A stretch of DNA of 64,000 bases from Cyanophora paradoxa CCMP329 (Eukaryota; Plantae; Glaucophyta), in assembly GCA_004431415.1 (NCBI GenBank), contig QPMI01000010.1, positions 1-64,000 of the forward strand, read 5' to 3'. Made by a program: the position numbers and the translations under genes. The number at the start of each line of letters is the position of its first letter. The first letter of the stretch is position 1. The notes beneath the pieces were generated by a model. The model ran no database searches, was not told the origin of the DNA, and worked only from the letters and a program-made list of their open reading frames with translations. This document shows positions 1 to 11,773 of this stretch, in pieces.

Positions 1-3000
1 GGCGGAGGGGGTACGCTCGTGCGATCCTTGGTACAACAACGGGAATCTTCGGCGCGGCCTGATTGCAGGCGGTGCAAAGTACTACAGGGATCGGAAGGCG
101 TACGAAAGGGACATTGCAGAGCTGCAGAAAGATAACAAAACGATCGTTTACTCAGACGAGCAGGTGAGAATACTGGCAGAGGAGCTGAAGACAAGGGAGC
201 GGCAATTTAACGAAATGAGGACAGCGGCCGAGAAAAAGATAGCGGACGATTTTGAAAGAGGCGAGCGATAGAATTGAGAAATCCCTGGAGGCCGAGGAGA
301 AAGCCGAGATCCGGAAGAGAGAGGCCGATAGGATCGTGGAAAACGCGATAAGGGAGGCAAAGGAGCAGGCAAGGACCGAGCTGGAGAAACTGGACATGGA
401 AATAGCAAACAAGGTCAACATAGCAAACGAGGTCGAAGAGGGCACAAAGATGCTGGACGATGAGCGAAAGGCAGCGGAGGAGCAAGCCAGAAAAGCAAAG
501 GAGGATTTAAGGCAGCTCGAACTGCGAGAACAGGAGAGGCAGAAGGCAGAGGGGCTCGCATCCACCATACGATTCAACCTAGAGCAGCAAGTGAAAACGC
601 TGACGGCCGAGCTGCAGAGGATAGGGACGGCTGTGCCAAGGGGCACAATGGAGACGCAGACGACGCCAAGGCCCGATCCAAGGCCGGCCGCCGAGAGGCT
701 GCCCTTCGCGCGGCTGGGTAGGAGCGACCAGGTGGAAGAGCTCATTGGCCTCACGCTCGAGGATCAGAGGGCCCTCTTCGACGCGTTAGAGCAGCGGCGC
801 AGGGCGGACGAGGAGGCAGCTGCCAAGACAGAAGAGGAACGACTGAAGGCAATGCAAACTGCATCAGACGAGGAATTTGCACGGCTGGAGGAGCCGAAGG
901 TAGCGGAGCGTAAGCGACGACTGGAGACGTTCAGGGGGGCGCAGATGGATTTTTACCGCTCGGAGCTCAAAAGACTGAAAGAAGGAAATGCATCGGGGGA
1001 CAGGCTCCGCGCCATGGAAGAGAACATGCGCGACTTTAGCTACGTTATGGATCAGCTGACGGGAAGGGGTCAGAAAGACGCCGAAGAACTGAGGAGAAAG
1101 ATGGCCGATGAGAAGTGGAAAAACTTTGAGCGTCAGGCTGTTCAGAGGCCCATCAGCGATGCCATCTGGATAGCATACGGCGACGTGGAGGAGATGCACA
1201 GAGAACTGCGGACGGAAGCGAGCCTGTGGCGGGGAGCCCTCGAATGGTCACTGTACCGGATACAAAAGGGGGAGTTTTTGGCAGAGCTGCGAGCCAATCC
1301 GAAAACGGTGAGCGCGGGCGCACAGAGCGCGTACCTCTCCATGGTCGATTACGTGGGCAAGCTGAGCAAATTTTGGGAAATGCGAAGAGCCATCATTCCA
1401 GCGGAGGGGCTCGCGCAGTACGATGCCATGGTGCGCGATCTGGAGGCCTTCAAACGTGAGCACCCACCCGCCAAATACAAGATTCACATAGATACGACGG
1501 CATTCATGGGCGATCTAAGGAAGAGAGGAGACGAGGCCAAGAGTCAGATCGAGGAGCGCTACAGAAAGGCCCAAGCGGACAAGGAGTACGCAAACAGGGT
1601 GATCGAAGAGCGGAAGCAGCAAGCCAAGGAGAACGCGGCGAGACGCAACGCCGAGATAGAAGAGCAGAGGCGGAAGATCGCAGAGCGCAAGGCGGCAGAG
1701 GAAGAGGCAAGAAAGACCAAGGTAGAGACAGAGTACCAAGCATTGAAACGGGAGGCCAATCAACTGTTAAAAAGGAGGGGAAGGGCCTACGCCGACGAGG
1801 GCGCGGGCGTGGGCTCGGCCAGCCCGGACGACATCACCCTCGCGGAAAGGGACGACGTTTCCGTAGAGGAAATGCGCCCGGGCACGGCTCGCCTGCCCTC
1901 CGAGGGCGTATTTCAGACGCTCGACAGGCGCGTGATGGGCGACTCGGACGTTATTCTGCGCAACGCCCTCATGCCCTACGGCGACTGGAACCGCGCCACC
2001 GCCGACGCCCTTGCCGATTTCGACCTCGAGCGATTCACCACCAAAGAGCAGCGCGACGCCTTCCTGGGGCGCCCGAGGGCAAGGCGGCCCGGGGTGGCCA
2101 AGGAGGCCCTCAGCGCGAGACAACGACGGCATGTCTTTCGGGGCAGCCGATTTATTTCAGGGGGCGGCATCGACTTGGTGGGCGCCGGGCTCGGGGGTAC
2201 GGGCTCGCGGCCATGCGGCGGGCGGGCGCGGCGGCGGCGGGCCTTGGCTGGCGACGGCCGGCGGCCTGCTCTCGGCTACCAGGCGCTCTCGCAGGGCAAG
2301 ATAGGGGAGGCCGAGTTCTTCGATACGTTCCGCGATCAGATGATCATGACGGTCGGCTCCTTTGGCCTTCAGACGGGCATGTCGTCCGCCCTGAGCGCCC
2401 TCACGAAAATGAGGATCGGCACGGTGGGCGACTTGGCCTGTCCATCCTCGCGGGCGCCATCGCGCAGGTGATCGTGGATATCATCAACGGCGCAGCGCGG
2501 AAGAAATCGTGAAGAATTTTTCAAGTACCCCGTCGACTGGGCGACCGACACCATACAGTTCATCGCGGAGCTCTCGCAACAGATCTACGACTGGGGCGTC
2601 GAGACGTGGGGCGACGAGGCGAGCCAGCTGCGCAACCGAATTAATCGGCTGGAGGGCGAGCTGGGCTCCGGATTTTTGGGTGTGTACGACCCTCGGAGGC
2701 GCGCGAAATGGCCTCGCTCTTGGCCCAGGAGCTGCGGTTTAAACGAAATCAAGGAGCCGAAGGAGCTGCAGGCCTTCATTCGCGCGCTCGACAACAGCAT
2801 CAACGATTACCGTACCCCAAGGACCAGAAGACCCTGCTCGAAATCGATCGCTGCGACCGTGCTCTTCCTCTCCAGCTCACCGTTAAAATGCAGGAGGGCT
2901 TCGGGTCGACTTCGCTCGCCCTGAGTCGACTTATGCGCGACCTGAAGCAGATGATAAAGGAGGAGACCAAGGGGCGGAAGCGCGTCTTAATTGCCGTCTA

Positions 3001-4126
3001 CCAGGAGGGCCTCAACAGGATCAATCACATCGAAGCCCTAAGGCGCGAATTCGCTCGGCCATCCGTCACTCGGGCGTCTCGTCGAACGGAGGGGCGCAGG
3101 TGGCCCGCCTGGCGGACGCCAACTCGCGCCTCGAGATTCCCGGGACCTTCCGCATGCAGGATTGGTGGGAGGCCGAGGCCTTCAGGAATTACGGGGCCTT
3201 CATAGACAACGGGATCAATTCGCAGAGCCCCAAGGCAAACTGGCTGGTACCAAGGCCTACGTCGATAAATTGGTTGACAGGCTGCAGCACCATACACCAA
3301 GAAGATCGCCAAAGGCATCGAGTACTGGGCGCCCGAGCCAGGCCAGCCGTGTTTGCATCGCAGAACTACGAGTGGCACATGGCGCGGGGGCGAGCCAGGC
3401 CGTGAGCACCGTGGGCGTTGCCGTGCCGCAGCTGGCGACGGTGGCACACACGGGGGCGTATGCAGATCTCAGCGGGAGGCCGACGATACCCGTGATACCA
3501 ACAACGTGGGCGTGGGATAGCATCACGGGAAGCCGAGTACGTATCCCACGCAGACCACCAGCACACCATCTCTCAGATCAGCGACTGGACGGCCCCGGAC
3601 TTGACGAACATCTCCGTGATTGGGACAACGTAACGGGCAAGCCACTTACCTTCCCCCCTCTACACACAGTCACAATGTGTACTGGGATAATGTCATCGAC
3701 CGACCCACTTCCTTCCCACCTCTACGCACAGTCACACAGAGTACTCGCTCACCAGCCACGGCACAGAAACGTGAACATGGATGCGTACATAACGCACGGC
3801 ACGTCTTCCACTCCTACGCTGCGTACACGGAGTTTAACATCAATTCAACATACACGGTGACGTTCAACATTACATTCGGACAGGCGTACGACACTGGAGG
3901 CGGACTGGGGACCCCAGCAAACCAACGCCGGTTATTAACGTACCCCCTCGTTCGACATCAATCCCGGCGGCAGCACGGATGTCGATTTCTACGGGCCAAC
4001 GTCACGGCGGTGAGTCACACTGGCTTTACAGTTAAAGTGAGATTCCAACCCAGAATGACGGTCACGCCCACCCAAATTGTCCAGCTTTTTATTCATTGGA
4101 CCGCGATCGGCAAGCTGCTTATGTAA
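1..4126 (+). CDS. Giant coiled-coil protein ending in fibre-like repeats and a lectin/gp53-like C-terminal domain (frameshifted, 5' end outside the window)
   Basis: E/K/R/A-rich helical ORF 252-2471, with coding-like sequence continuing upstream and downstream across frameshifts. The joined 3' part reads LATVAHTGAYADLSGRP / WDSITG(K)P / WDNVTGKPLTFPP-THSH / WDNVIDRPTSFPP-THSH (phage tail-fibre-type repeats), then TVTFNITFGQAY...NVTAVSHTGFTVKV...IHWTAIGK. It may be more than one gene. Confidence 0.65.
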
Positions 4127-4150
4127 TCGATTTTCTGATGCAATCCAAAA

Positions 4151-5207
4151 ATGTCGGTCGCTGTCCTCTATTTACCTATGCTGCCAGCGTGAATCACAAG
4201 GGCGATCACACGATTAAGGAGACCACCCTCGGAAACCAGGCCACCGAGGCCCCTACAACGCCACGGCCGTCCCCTTTTCCGAGGCCGACCTCGTCCGCGT
4301 CGGCGAGCTGCGCTGCGACAAGATGCGCACGCGGGAGGCGGGTCGCCGTGCCGGGGCGCGTGAGGACGCAGAGGCTCACCGTCACGAACGGGGCCTGGGA
4401 CGGGAGCGGTACACCACGAATCAGGTGACCTTTAATGGGACTGTGAACGGGGAGGGGAATGCGGCTCTGTATGTGCAAGGAGGCGGAGCAAACGTGGTGG
4501 GGGGGCTTAGGGTGAGCGGGGCTTCAACTTGGCGGGCATCGTTACATTGGACGATAAGCTGCAAATTACCGGAACGTCACCGTACATAAATGGCGGTGGT
4601 TCAGCGTAGCTATAAAGTACAACGAAAACGATAGACTCCTCTGTGGGACTCTTGGCGTTGGTGTTACAGTACTCTATTTACCTCGGCAATCGAAGGCCCT
4701 ACTAATGGCCTAAGCATAGCAAACACTTCAATCGTTGATAGCGGAAGCGTCAGCGTCAGCTCTGGTCTATCCTTGAGAAACAACGGCACCGAACGACTGC
4801 TGTGCGGAACCGTCGGCGTTGGCATCACGGGTCGGCTCATCGTCTCGACGCTCACGGGCGATGGAAACCGAGCCGTTTATTCGGATGCTCAAGGATACCT
4901 GACAAACTCGTCGAGCGATAGCCGCCTGAAAGAAAATGTCGCGAGCATGTCGGCATTCTCCCTCTTCTGCTGCAGCTGAATCCCGTGTCGTTCACCTGGA
5001 AGAACACATCCTCGGGGGTTCGAAAACGGATTACGGTCTCATCGCACAGGAAGTCCAAGGCGTCTTCCCGAGTCTCGTTTTCGAGAACGCGGATGGATTT
5101 CTCGGGGTAAACTACGACAGGCTCATTTCCTGTCGTTGAAGGCAATTCAGGAACTTTCACAAGAAGTTCAAACTCTCAAAGACCAGGTAGCGGCACTGGC
5201 GAGCTGA
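4151..5207 (+). CDS. Fibre/spike protein with C-terminal intramolecular chaperone (Peptidase S74), frameshifted
   Basis: Joined frames give NSSSDSRLKENV...LNPVSFTWK...DYGLIAQEVQGVFPSLV...LGVNYDRLI...AIQELSQEVQTLKDQVAALAS*, the S74 signature followed by a coiled coil. Confidence 0.85.
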
Positions 5208-5227
5208 TCTGGAACAACTAGGAATAA

Positions 5228-7231
5228 CTACACCGCGAGTATCACAATTCGACCGTTGCCACCGTCGCTGAAAGACGAGCCACCGTTGCCGCCCCTACCA
5301 ATGCCTGCTGCGTAGTGAGCGTCTCCGCTATTTCCTGCCACCTGGCCGGACCCAGGATACACCGTAGCATCCGTCAAGTTTCCTATGTAGCTCGAGCCAC
5401 CGCCACCTCCAAACATTCTTGCTATTGGGTTCTCTGACACTCCGCTCCTGCTGGACCCAGAGCCTCCACCGAAGTAACCACCACCACCACCACCACCGAA
5501 CTGTAGCCGCTTGAATCAGGCCCAGTCTCTCCACCTTGGCGCAAAGTTCCCGGGTTGCTGGGCCTGGCCCTGAGGCCACAACACCGGCTCCGCCAGCGGT
5601 TTGGGTGCCTCCTTGAGCCGGTATCTCTCCGGTTACTCCAACCAACCCAGCCGCACCACCGTCAACCCCCCGCCTACTCCCCGCCGCCATTCGAATCACA
5701 TGTACCCCACCTCCGCCCTGCAACAACCAAGTCGGTCCCTGCAACGCGCTGAATTGCAGAACGACCACCACCGGCGCCGTTTTTGTACTCCGGATCGACG
5801 CTATGGCTCCAGCCCCTTCCACCACCTCCGTAGACGGTAGCAGTGGCAGTCCCCGATACACCCTTTGGGCCGCCGCATCCAACAACAAGGATGAGCGTCT
5901 CCCCCGAGGACACAGCCAATGTACCAACTACGCAAGCACCCGCGCCTCCACGGACCCCGTACCTGCGCGTTCTCCGCCTCACCCCCGGCCGCCCATACGA
6001 TGACACGCACAGCCACAGTCCCCGTTGGTACTACGAAAGTCTGGTCGGCCCCGGTGTAGGAGAATGTACCGAAAAGGGGCTGCTCGTGTCGCTGGCAAGG
6101 AACACGCCACCCCTGTAGATGTTGTAGGAGACGGTGACGCCCGTCACCGGCACCGACCACTCGAGCACAACAGGCTGTGCTGCCCCCGCCGCGGGGGTTG
6201 CAGTGAGCCCAGTGGGCGCCCCCGGGTCCGTGGTGACGTACGCCGCAATACTCTTCGGCCCTCCCTCCCGTGTTCGTCGCGGAGATCTGGTACTCGTACC
6301 CTGTACCCCAGACGGTGGTCGTGTCGCTGTAGGAGTTGGTCGCGGAGTCTGTGAGGTAGGCCCCGTCTCTGTAAATCTTGTATCCCGTCGCTCCCGTGGA
6401 CGCAGTCCAGCTGAGGCTGACAGGCTGCTGCTGGTCGTTGGGTGCTGATGCCGTCACGTTCGTGGGGCGTTTGGCATAGTCCAGACCAGGAGCGGATCGG
6501 ACTTGTCGTATTCGACACCGCCCACGATGCCGGCCACCTGGTAAGAGTATTCCGTGCCCCACGTAAGAGCAGTGCTATCGTCAATGTACGAGGTAGACAG
6601 GGCACTGCTCGCAAATCCGATTGCGTACCGTTCCTGTAAATTCGAATCGAGTCCGCGCCCTCCATGGCCACCCAGTTGATTGTGACGACTATGGCGGGTT
6701 TCGGGAAGCCCGAAGACGCGGGCCGCCCCCGGCAATAAAATCGCCGTAGGTCTGGGCCGTGGCGGTCGTGAGCGTGGTGTAGGCTTCGATCTGCGGGCTG
6801 AAGCCGCCTATGCCTTGGAAGAGAATGTAATTGCTCATGGCACCCTCGTGGGTGTAGAGAAGCGACTGTGCGTAGGTTGTGGGCGGGGCTTTGCCATCAG
6901 AGCCCGTGCTGCTGCTGCCCTGTTCGCGAACCGCCGCCACGCGGTAGAGTCGCTGGGCCCCAAACTAAAGGAGAGTCCGTGTAGGTGACGGTTGGCGCAT
7001 TCACCGTGGCCACGAGATCCAGGGGCCGTTGATGCTGGTCGCCCTGTACACCTTGTACTTGACGGCGTTGGTGACCGCGACCCAGTTCAGCTGAAAGCCG
7101 TACGTACTGTTCCCGTTGTTGAGCACGGAGCCCGATCGCACCTGGGGCCTGCCCACAGTCAGCGAGATCGGCTCCACGCCATACTGCGGAGCCTGCACCA
7201 CCTGCTTTTTCACGAATACGAAGCGGGGCAT
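5228..7231 (-). CDS. Fibronectin type III repeat plus glycine-rich domain protein (putative virion surface protein), frameshifted
   Basis: FN3-like segments (LNWVAVTNAVKYKVYR; VSLSWTASTGATGYKIYRDG...YSDTT...YEYQISATN), then TFSYTGADQTFVVP...VIVWAAGG...GGAGACVVGTLAVSSGETLILVVGCGG...GGGGSSYIG...GGNGRIVI*. Confidence 0.75.
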
Positions 7232-7267
7232 TTCCTCTACGATCCGAAAAAATATCTGCCCGGGTAA

Positions 7268-7940
7268 ATGACTTCCAACTGGTACCAGACCCTCAGCGGC
7301 TCACTTGACGTTGGCAACAACACCAAGGATTTCGCACGCATACCCTCCGGCAGTTACGTCGACGTCTTTCTGCAGAATCCCGTCGTGATTCAGGTCGTTC
7401 AGAACGCCTACGCCACGCCAAGATTTATTCCTACCAGCTCTTCTTCGACCCTCTGAGCCTCAGCGCAGAGGTTATCGAGCTGCTGCACGAATCAGGACTC
7501 GTGAAAAGGTGCACCTGCCACGGCCACTGCCAACGTCTTGCGCTGTCTCGAGGTCAAGTTCAGGGAGACGGGTACGGCCCACCGTGAACGGTACCCCAGT
7601 TCTTCGAATCTTCCGGGTACGGGAACTTACCAGATGAGGGGTACGCTCAAGGGCGACGTGCTCTTCACGAAATTCAATCCAAGTCCCGCGACCCTGGGGC
7701 CCTCTACACGGGCGGCAACCCACGCGGCTCGACTCTACCCCGCTTCCCCTTCACCTTTTTCAGGTTCCAGGTCTTCCCCCTCTCCTACGCCGCCGACCAG
7801 CCCCACTTCAGCACGGGCGCCAGCCTCTGCGCGGAGCTGCGTGAGTGCTCGATTTCCTACGCGTACGGCACCGACGCTGACTCTGTGCCTGGGCCCGCGT
7901 CATGAACATCGGTGGCGACATCACCCTCTTTCACGGATAA
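7268..7940 (+). CDS. Unknown protein, paralog A of a tandem pair (candidate virion structural protein), frameshifted
   Basis: Starts MTSNWYQTLSGSLD, 36 bp from the divergent gene. Shares ordered motifs with the next gene: LQNPVVIQV, ELLHESGLVKR, LRCLEVKF, VLFTKF. Confidence 0.6.
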
Positions 7941-7963
7941 TCTTTCTCATTTGAGGTCGCAAA

Positions 7964-8793
7964 ATGCCGACCACCTCGGCCACCATCGTGAAGACCGTGT
8001 CTGCCGGCTCGATCGTCCCGATTTCTACGGCAACGCTGGGAACGTGGCCAACGCAGGGACGGACAAGGTGGAGTGGGACGGAAACTACGCCACCCCGCTC
8101 ACCGTGAGGGTCCAGAATCCCGTCATGTTGCGCGTCACCTCCAACGATTTCGAGAATCCCGCCTCCTGCTCCGTGTACGTGTACTTTGACATCGACTCGG
8201 GCGTGAGCGCGGATGAGGCGGAGGCGCTCTGGCTCTCGGGCCTCCTGAAAAAGATAGAGCCCTCTGTGCCTGATCGGCCCGCCATTCGCGTGCTCGAACT
8301 CAAGTTCACCGCTAACACCGCCCTCACTCGCAAATTCGGGAATGGTGCGAATCCGAACATCAAAACGCATTTAGATGGCGCCCTCATCGATGCCACACAC
8401 AAGACCACGCAGGCCGTTCCCTTTGAGATGTACAACCTCTGGAAGATGACCGCAAAGGAGATGATGACGAATGCCACCACGGGCGGCGCCTCGGGTACCG
8501 ATTATTCATACGGCGCCTCGAATCCCCGTACCCAGGTCTGGCCCCGGCTCCTCTTCACGAAATTCACTTTCAAATTGTACAACAACATCGCCGGAATGCC
8601 TACCTCTGGAATGGTCGTGGGCTCTACCCTCATGGCCGAACTAATTGAGGCAGAGGCGGACTACACGACTGCGACTACCAACTCGACAGCGCCAGGCGCC
8701 GGAGCCGAAGTTTACGTGGCCTGGAAACGGTCGGTCGCGAGTACGACACCAAGATTCACACCACTAGCGTCTAGACTGGCTAAGCTGCATTAG
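7964..8793 (+). CDS. Unknown beta-rich protein of ~275 aa, paralog B (candidate capsid or other structural protein)
   Basis: ATG at 7964 (MPTTSATIVKTVSAGS) joins ORF 7912-8793 via one frameshift. Motifs VQNPVMLRV, EALWLSGLLKK, IRVLELKF and LLFTKF match paralog A. The structural role is inferred from gene context only. Confidence 0.65.
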
Positions 8794-9126
8794 CACCTGT
8801 GTCGCCTCCATCATCTCCCGAATCTCCTCGCTCTTCTCCTGTAAATTGGCGTACCCCTCCTCTTCTTGCGAATCTCCGACATTGATGCCCAGCGCAGGTT
8901 CTCCCTCCTGTAGTCCAGCGGTTGCCGTTGATGTGTTCCACGTAGCGTCCACGTGGCGACTTCCCGAGGATCAGCTGGGAGAGGTAGTGCTTGCGCCCTC
9001 CAAACGTCTTGCTCACCCTGTCCCTGTCCACTCTCCAGGGAAACTCCAAGGCACTCGGGGTACGTCCGAGTTGACCAGGACGTTGTAGGCGACGTCTTGC
9101 GAGTCGGTGCACCGGAGCAGGGCCAT
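8780..9126 (-). CDS. HNH (HNH_3-type) endonuclease, frameshifted
   Basis: Joined frames give YLSQLILGKSPRGRYVEHINGN(P)LDYRRENLRW, matching the H-x-NG-x-x-x-D-x-R-x-x-NLR motif of viral HNH nucleases. Confidence 0.75.
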
Positions 9127-9150
9127 TTTGCCCTAGGTTCAGAAAAACCT

Positions 9151-9230
9151 GGGACTTGGGACTTGGGACTTGGGACTTGGGACTTGGGACTTGGGACTTG
9201 GGACTTGGGACTTGGGACTTGGGACTTGGG
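9151..9230 (+). repeat. (GGGACTT)11 telomere-like / G-quadruplex array, copy 1
   Basis: 11 perfect heptamers plus GGG, followed by AAGAGTTGAAACCCAGGTCCCGG. Confidence 0.97.
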
Positions 9231-9312
9231 AAGAGTTGAAACCCAGGTCCCGGCCCAGACTTTCTCCAGGATCAGAAATTTGTCAGACAAGTCAGGTGAG
9301 TTTTTCTACCGA

Positions 9313-9388
9313 CTTTTTTACTCCTACCACTCCTCATACTCTTTTTTACTCGTAGTCTTTTTACTCGTAGTCTTTTTTACTCGTATCC
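9313..9388 (+). repeat. 16-bp iteron-like tandem repeat CTTTTTTACTCGTAGT (three copies plus one degenerate)
   Basis: Copies at 9341, 9357 and 9373 (the third differs at its last two bases), with a variant at 9313. Confidence 0.9.
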
Positions 9389-9671
9389 CATCTCGTACCC
9401 TCCTTCTCTCGACATCTCACACGAAAACTCCTACCCCTCTTCACATCCGTTTTCGGTTGCATACTCTCGTGAGCTTTCATGTCCAGTATCATGCTACAAG
9501 TCGTACACCAGTTCAGACTCTACCTCGCTTGAAATCTCACCTGGAATGTCACCAGAAACGTCATATGCAGATTTCCGTACCCCTCTACATGTCTGCCCGG
9601 TGGTTAGGGACTTGGCGCGGCAAACTCTCAGATCCAGAGAGATTCTGGCCCAGACCCTGAGTCTAACTCTT

Positions 9672-9722
9672 CCCAAGTCCCAAGTCCCAAGTCCCAAGTC
9701 CCAAGTCCCAAGTCCAAGTCCC
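9672..9722 (-). repeat. (GGGACTT)~7 array, copy 2, inverted relative to copy 1
   Basis: AAGTCCC repeats on the + strand, one unit 1 bp short. The minus strand continues GGGAAGAGTTAGACTCAGGGTCTGG. Confidence 0.95.
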
Positions 9723-9792
9723 AGGATCGCGCCAAGTCGTAACTGAATAGTCGGCCAATTTTTACAAGTATGTACAATGGAATGACGCAATA

Positions 9793-10859
9793 CTATTTAC
9801 AGCATCTCAAAGTCAGAGTCATCGTCATCGGAAACCAACTCAATGAGGCCCTCGGGCGCCGACTTAAGGGAATGCGGGGAAGGGACTGCGCTGCCTGCAC
9901 CAAGTCCTGCCGCTCGCGCTCGCGCTGCGCCGCCAAGGCCGCTGCCGCCTCTGCCTCGCGCTGCTGCTGAGCCTCGATGCGCGCCTTGAGCTCGGCCGCC
10001 TCCTTCTGCTTGCGCTCGGCGATCCGCGCCTTGTTGATCTGGTACTGGACAAGGCGCTCGTGGCGCCGCTTGCGCTCCAACTCCTTGCGGAGCTCGTTGC
10101 AGAGGACGCGCTTCTCAATGGTCTTGACGTGCTGAGTCAGGCGCTCGCTGTAGTGTGACGTCACGCGAGAACGGGCAATGCCGGCGCCGAGCTTCAAGTC
10201 CTTCTCGTGTGCCTTGGCGGGGTCCTTGACGCGCTCGGAGTTGTCGGTGAATGACGTAGTCTCCATGAACTTCTTCTTGACGATTGACTTGGTCTTGATA
10301 ATGCGGCGCTTGCGAGTCGGGTTTTCGTTGTCGCCTTCAGAGTCAGAAGACGACTCAGAGTCGTATGGAATCGGCACGTCAAAGTCGATGAAGTCGTTGA
10401 TGTCAGACTCGACGTCAGAGGCCTCGGACTTGGCGTCATCGGCGGGCTCGGGGCGGGCTCGGCGACGGGCTGAGGGGCAGATGACGACGATGACGGAGGG
10501 GGTAATTCGTGAAGACTTGAGGGGGTAGGCCCAGGCGAGCGTCTCGGCAGCAGACTCGGCGAAAAGCTTGGGGTCGCCCAGCCGTTGGCGGTCTTGACCC
10601 AGCCGGGGACGGGGGGCACGTCGACGGGGGGCTCGGGCTTGGGTTGCTTGGACTTGGATTTCTTGGCCTTGGACGTGAAGGCGGACTTGGGGAGAAGTTG
10701 CACTTCGGGCCAGTGGCGCGTAAGATGGCATAATTGTAGATGTACCCAGAGCGTCGGCGCGCTGCTCCATCTCAGGGGTAGCCCTTGAGTGCCACCGGAG
10801 TTAGCCCACGTTGCTTGGACAAAGGCGAAGTCCTCGGCAAGCTCAGCGGGAATCGACAT
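9793..10859 (-). CDS. Unknown viral-region protein with acidic tract and coiled coil (frameshifted)
   Basis: ORF 10194-10859 (MSIPAELAEDF...) and ORF 9793-10770 (acidic DVESDINDFIDFD tract, basic patch RKRRIIK, coiled coil) appear to be one gene. Confidence 0.6.
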
Positions 10860-11174
10860 CTGCGCAAAGGGAAAGAAATCAGCAAAGGCAAAACGTGAGG
10901 TGACTGTGAGGGCGGACTTGTGAAAATTCGGAGAGGCGGGTTTCCTTGGCTGAGAGAAGGCGGCGAACCCGTTTCAAGAGTGAGCCAAAATGGCGGCGGA
11001 CCGCGGTTTTGTGGGCGATTTTTTTCGCGGTCTAGTTCGCAACGGAAAACGTTGCCAACTGGCCTGAAAAAAGCCAAATTTAGCGTTGGACCGAAGGCAG
11101 AAAAAGGGAGCCGGCCTGACGGAAATCGCCCGAGTGCGTCCGCCGAAGGTCGAGTCTCGGGCCGGGGTACACCC

Positions 11175-11663
11175 TCAGGGCCCCCCCTGGCCCTCACCCT
11201 GGTAGTGCCCTCTCAAAGGATTTTCGAAGCCGTACAATTCTTGGTAAGTCTCGTAATCCGGGCTGTACCCCCTCACAATCTGCGGGAGCCCCATTGAAAG
11301 CCTCCGTCTATCCTCTCTCAATTCCCTGCGGAAAAGTCTACGGTCTTCTCGAGCTTCGCGTGTCACGCCAGCTGGGCGTGGTCTATGATTGTTAGGGTTG
11401 TCGTAGCCTGGTCCCACCAGCCTCACGAAATTTTCGCGTATGGCCTCGGGGAGGCTCTGGAAACGGCTCGTCGCGTGGAACTCAATCCATTCATTGAATC
11501 GACGCGGATATTGACGGATGACTTCAAGCACGCCCTGTGTGTTGGGCTCTGGTGTTACGTCGGGGATGTCATGTCCCGTGAGGTGCCAACGCCAGAACTC
11601 GCGCAACCTCTCGAATGCCATATTCAACTCAAAGGGAAAATCGTAATAGAGATTGCCTGACAT
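11175..11663 (-). CDS. Unknown 162-aa protein
   Basis: Intact ORF from ATG 11663 (MSGNLYYDFPFELNMAFERLREFW...), with normal protein composition, just downstream of array 3. Confidence 0.6.
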   Translation of the reverse strand: MSGNLYYDFPFELNMAFERLREFWRWHLTGHDIPDVTPEPNTQGVLEVIRQYPRRFNEWIEFHATSRFQSLPEAIRENFVRLVGPGYDNPNNHRPRPAGVTREAREDRRLFRRELREDRRRLSMGLPQIVRGYSPDYETYQELYGFENPLRGHYQGEGQGGP

Positions 11664-11721
11664 TTTTCTCCCCGTCCGAAAATTTCCCCGCTTTTGGGTC
11701 CAGACTCTGATTCCAACTCTT

Positions 11722-11773
11722 CCCAAGTCCCAAGTCCCAAGTCCCAAGTCCCAAGTCCCAAGTCCCAAGTCCC
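11722..11773 (-). repeat. (GGGACTT)7 array, copy 3
   Basis: Seven AAGTCCC units on the + strand. The minus strand continues GGGAAGAGTTGGAATCAGAGTCTGG. Confidence 0.97.

Noticed and set aside
9151-9390. CRISPR-like array
   Set aside because: The repeats are contiguous with no unique spacers, there are no cas genes, and the context is eukaryotic.
8811-9746. ORFs with PSPKSQV or LGLGTWD peptide repeats
   Set aside because: These are translations of the heptamer arrays in various frames, with no evidence that they are proteins.
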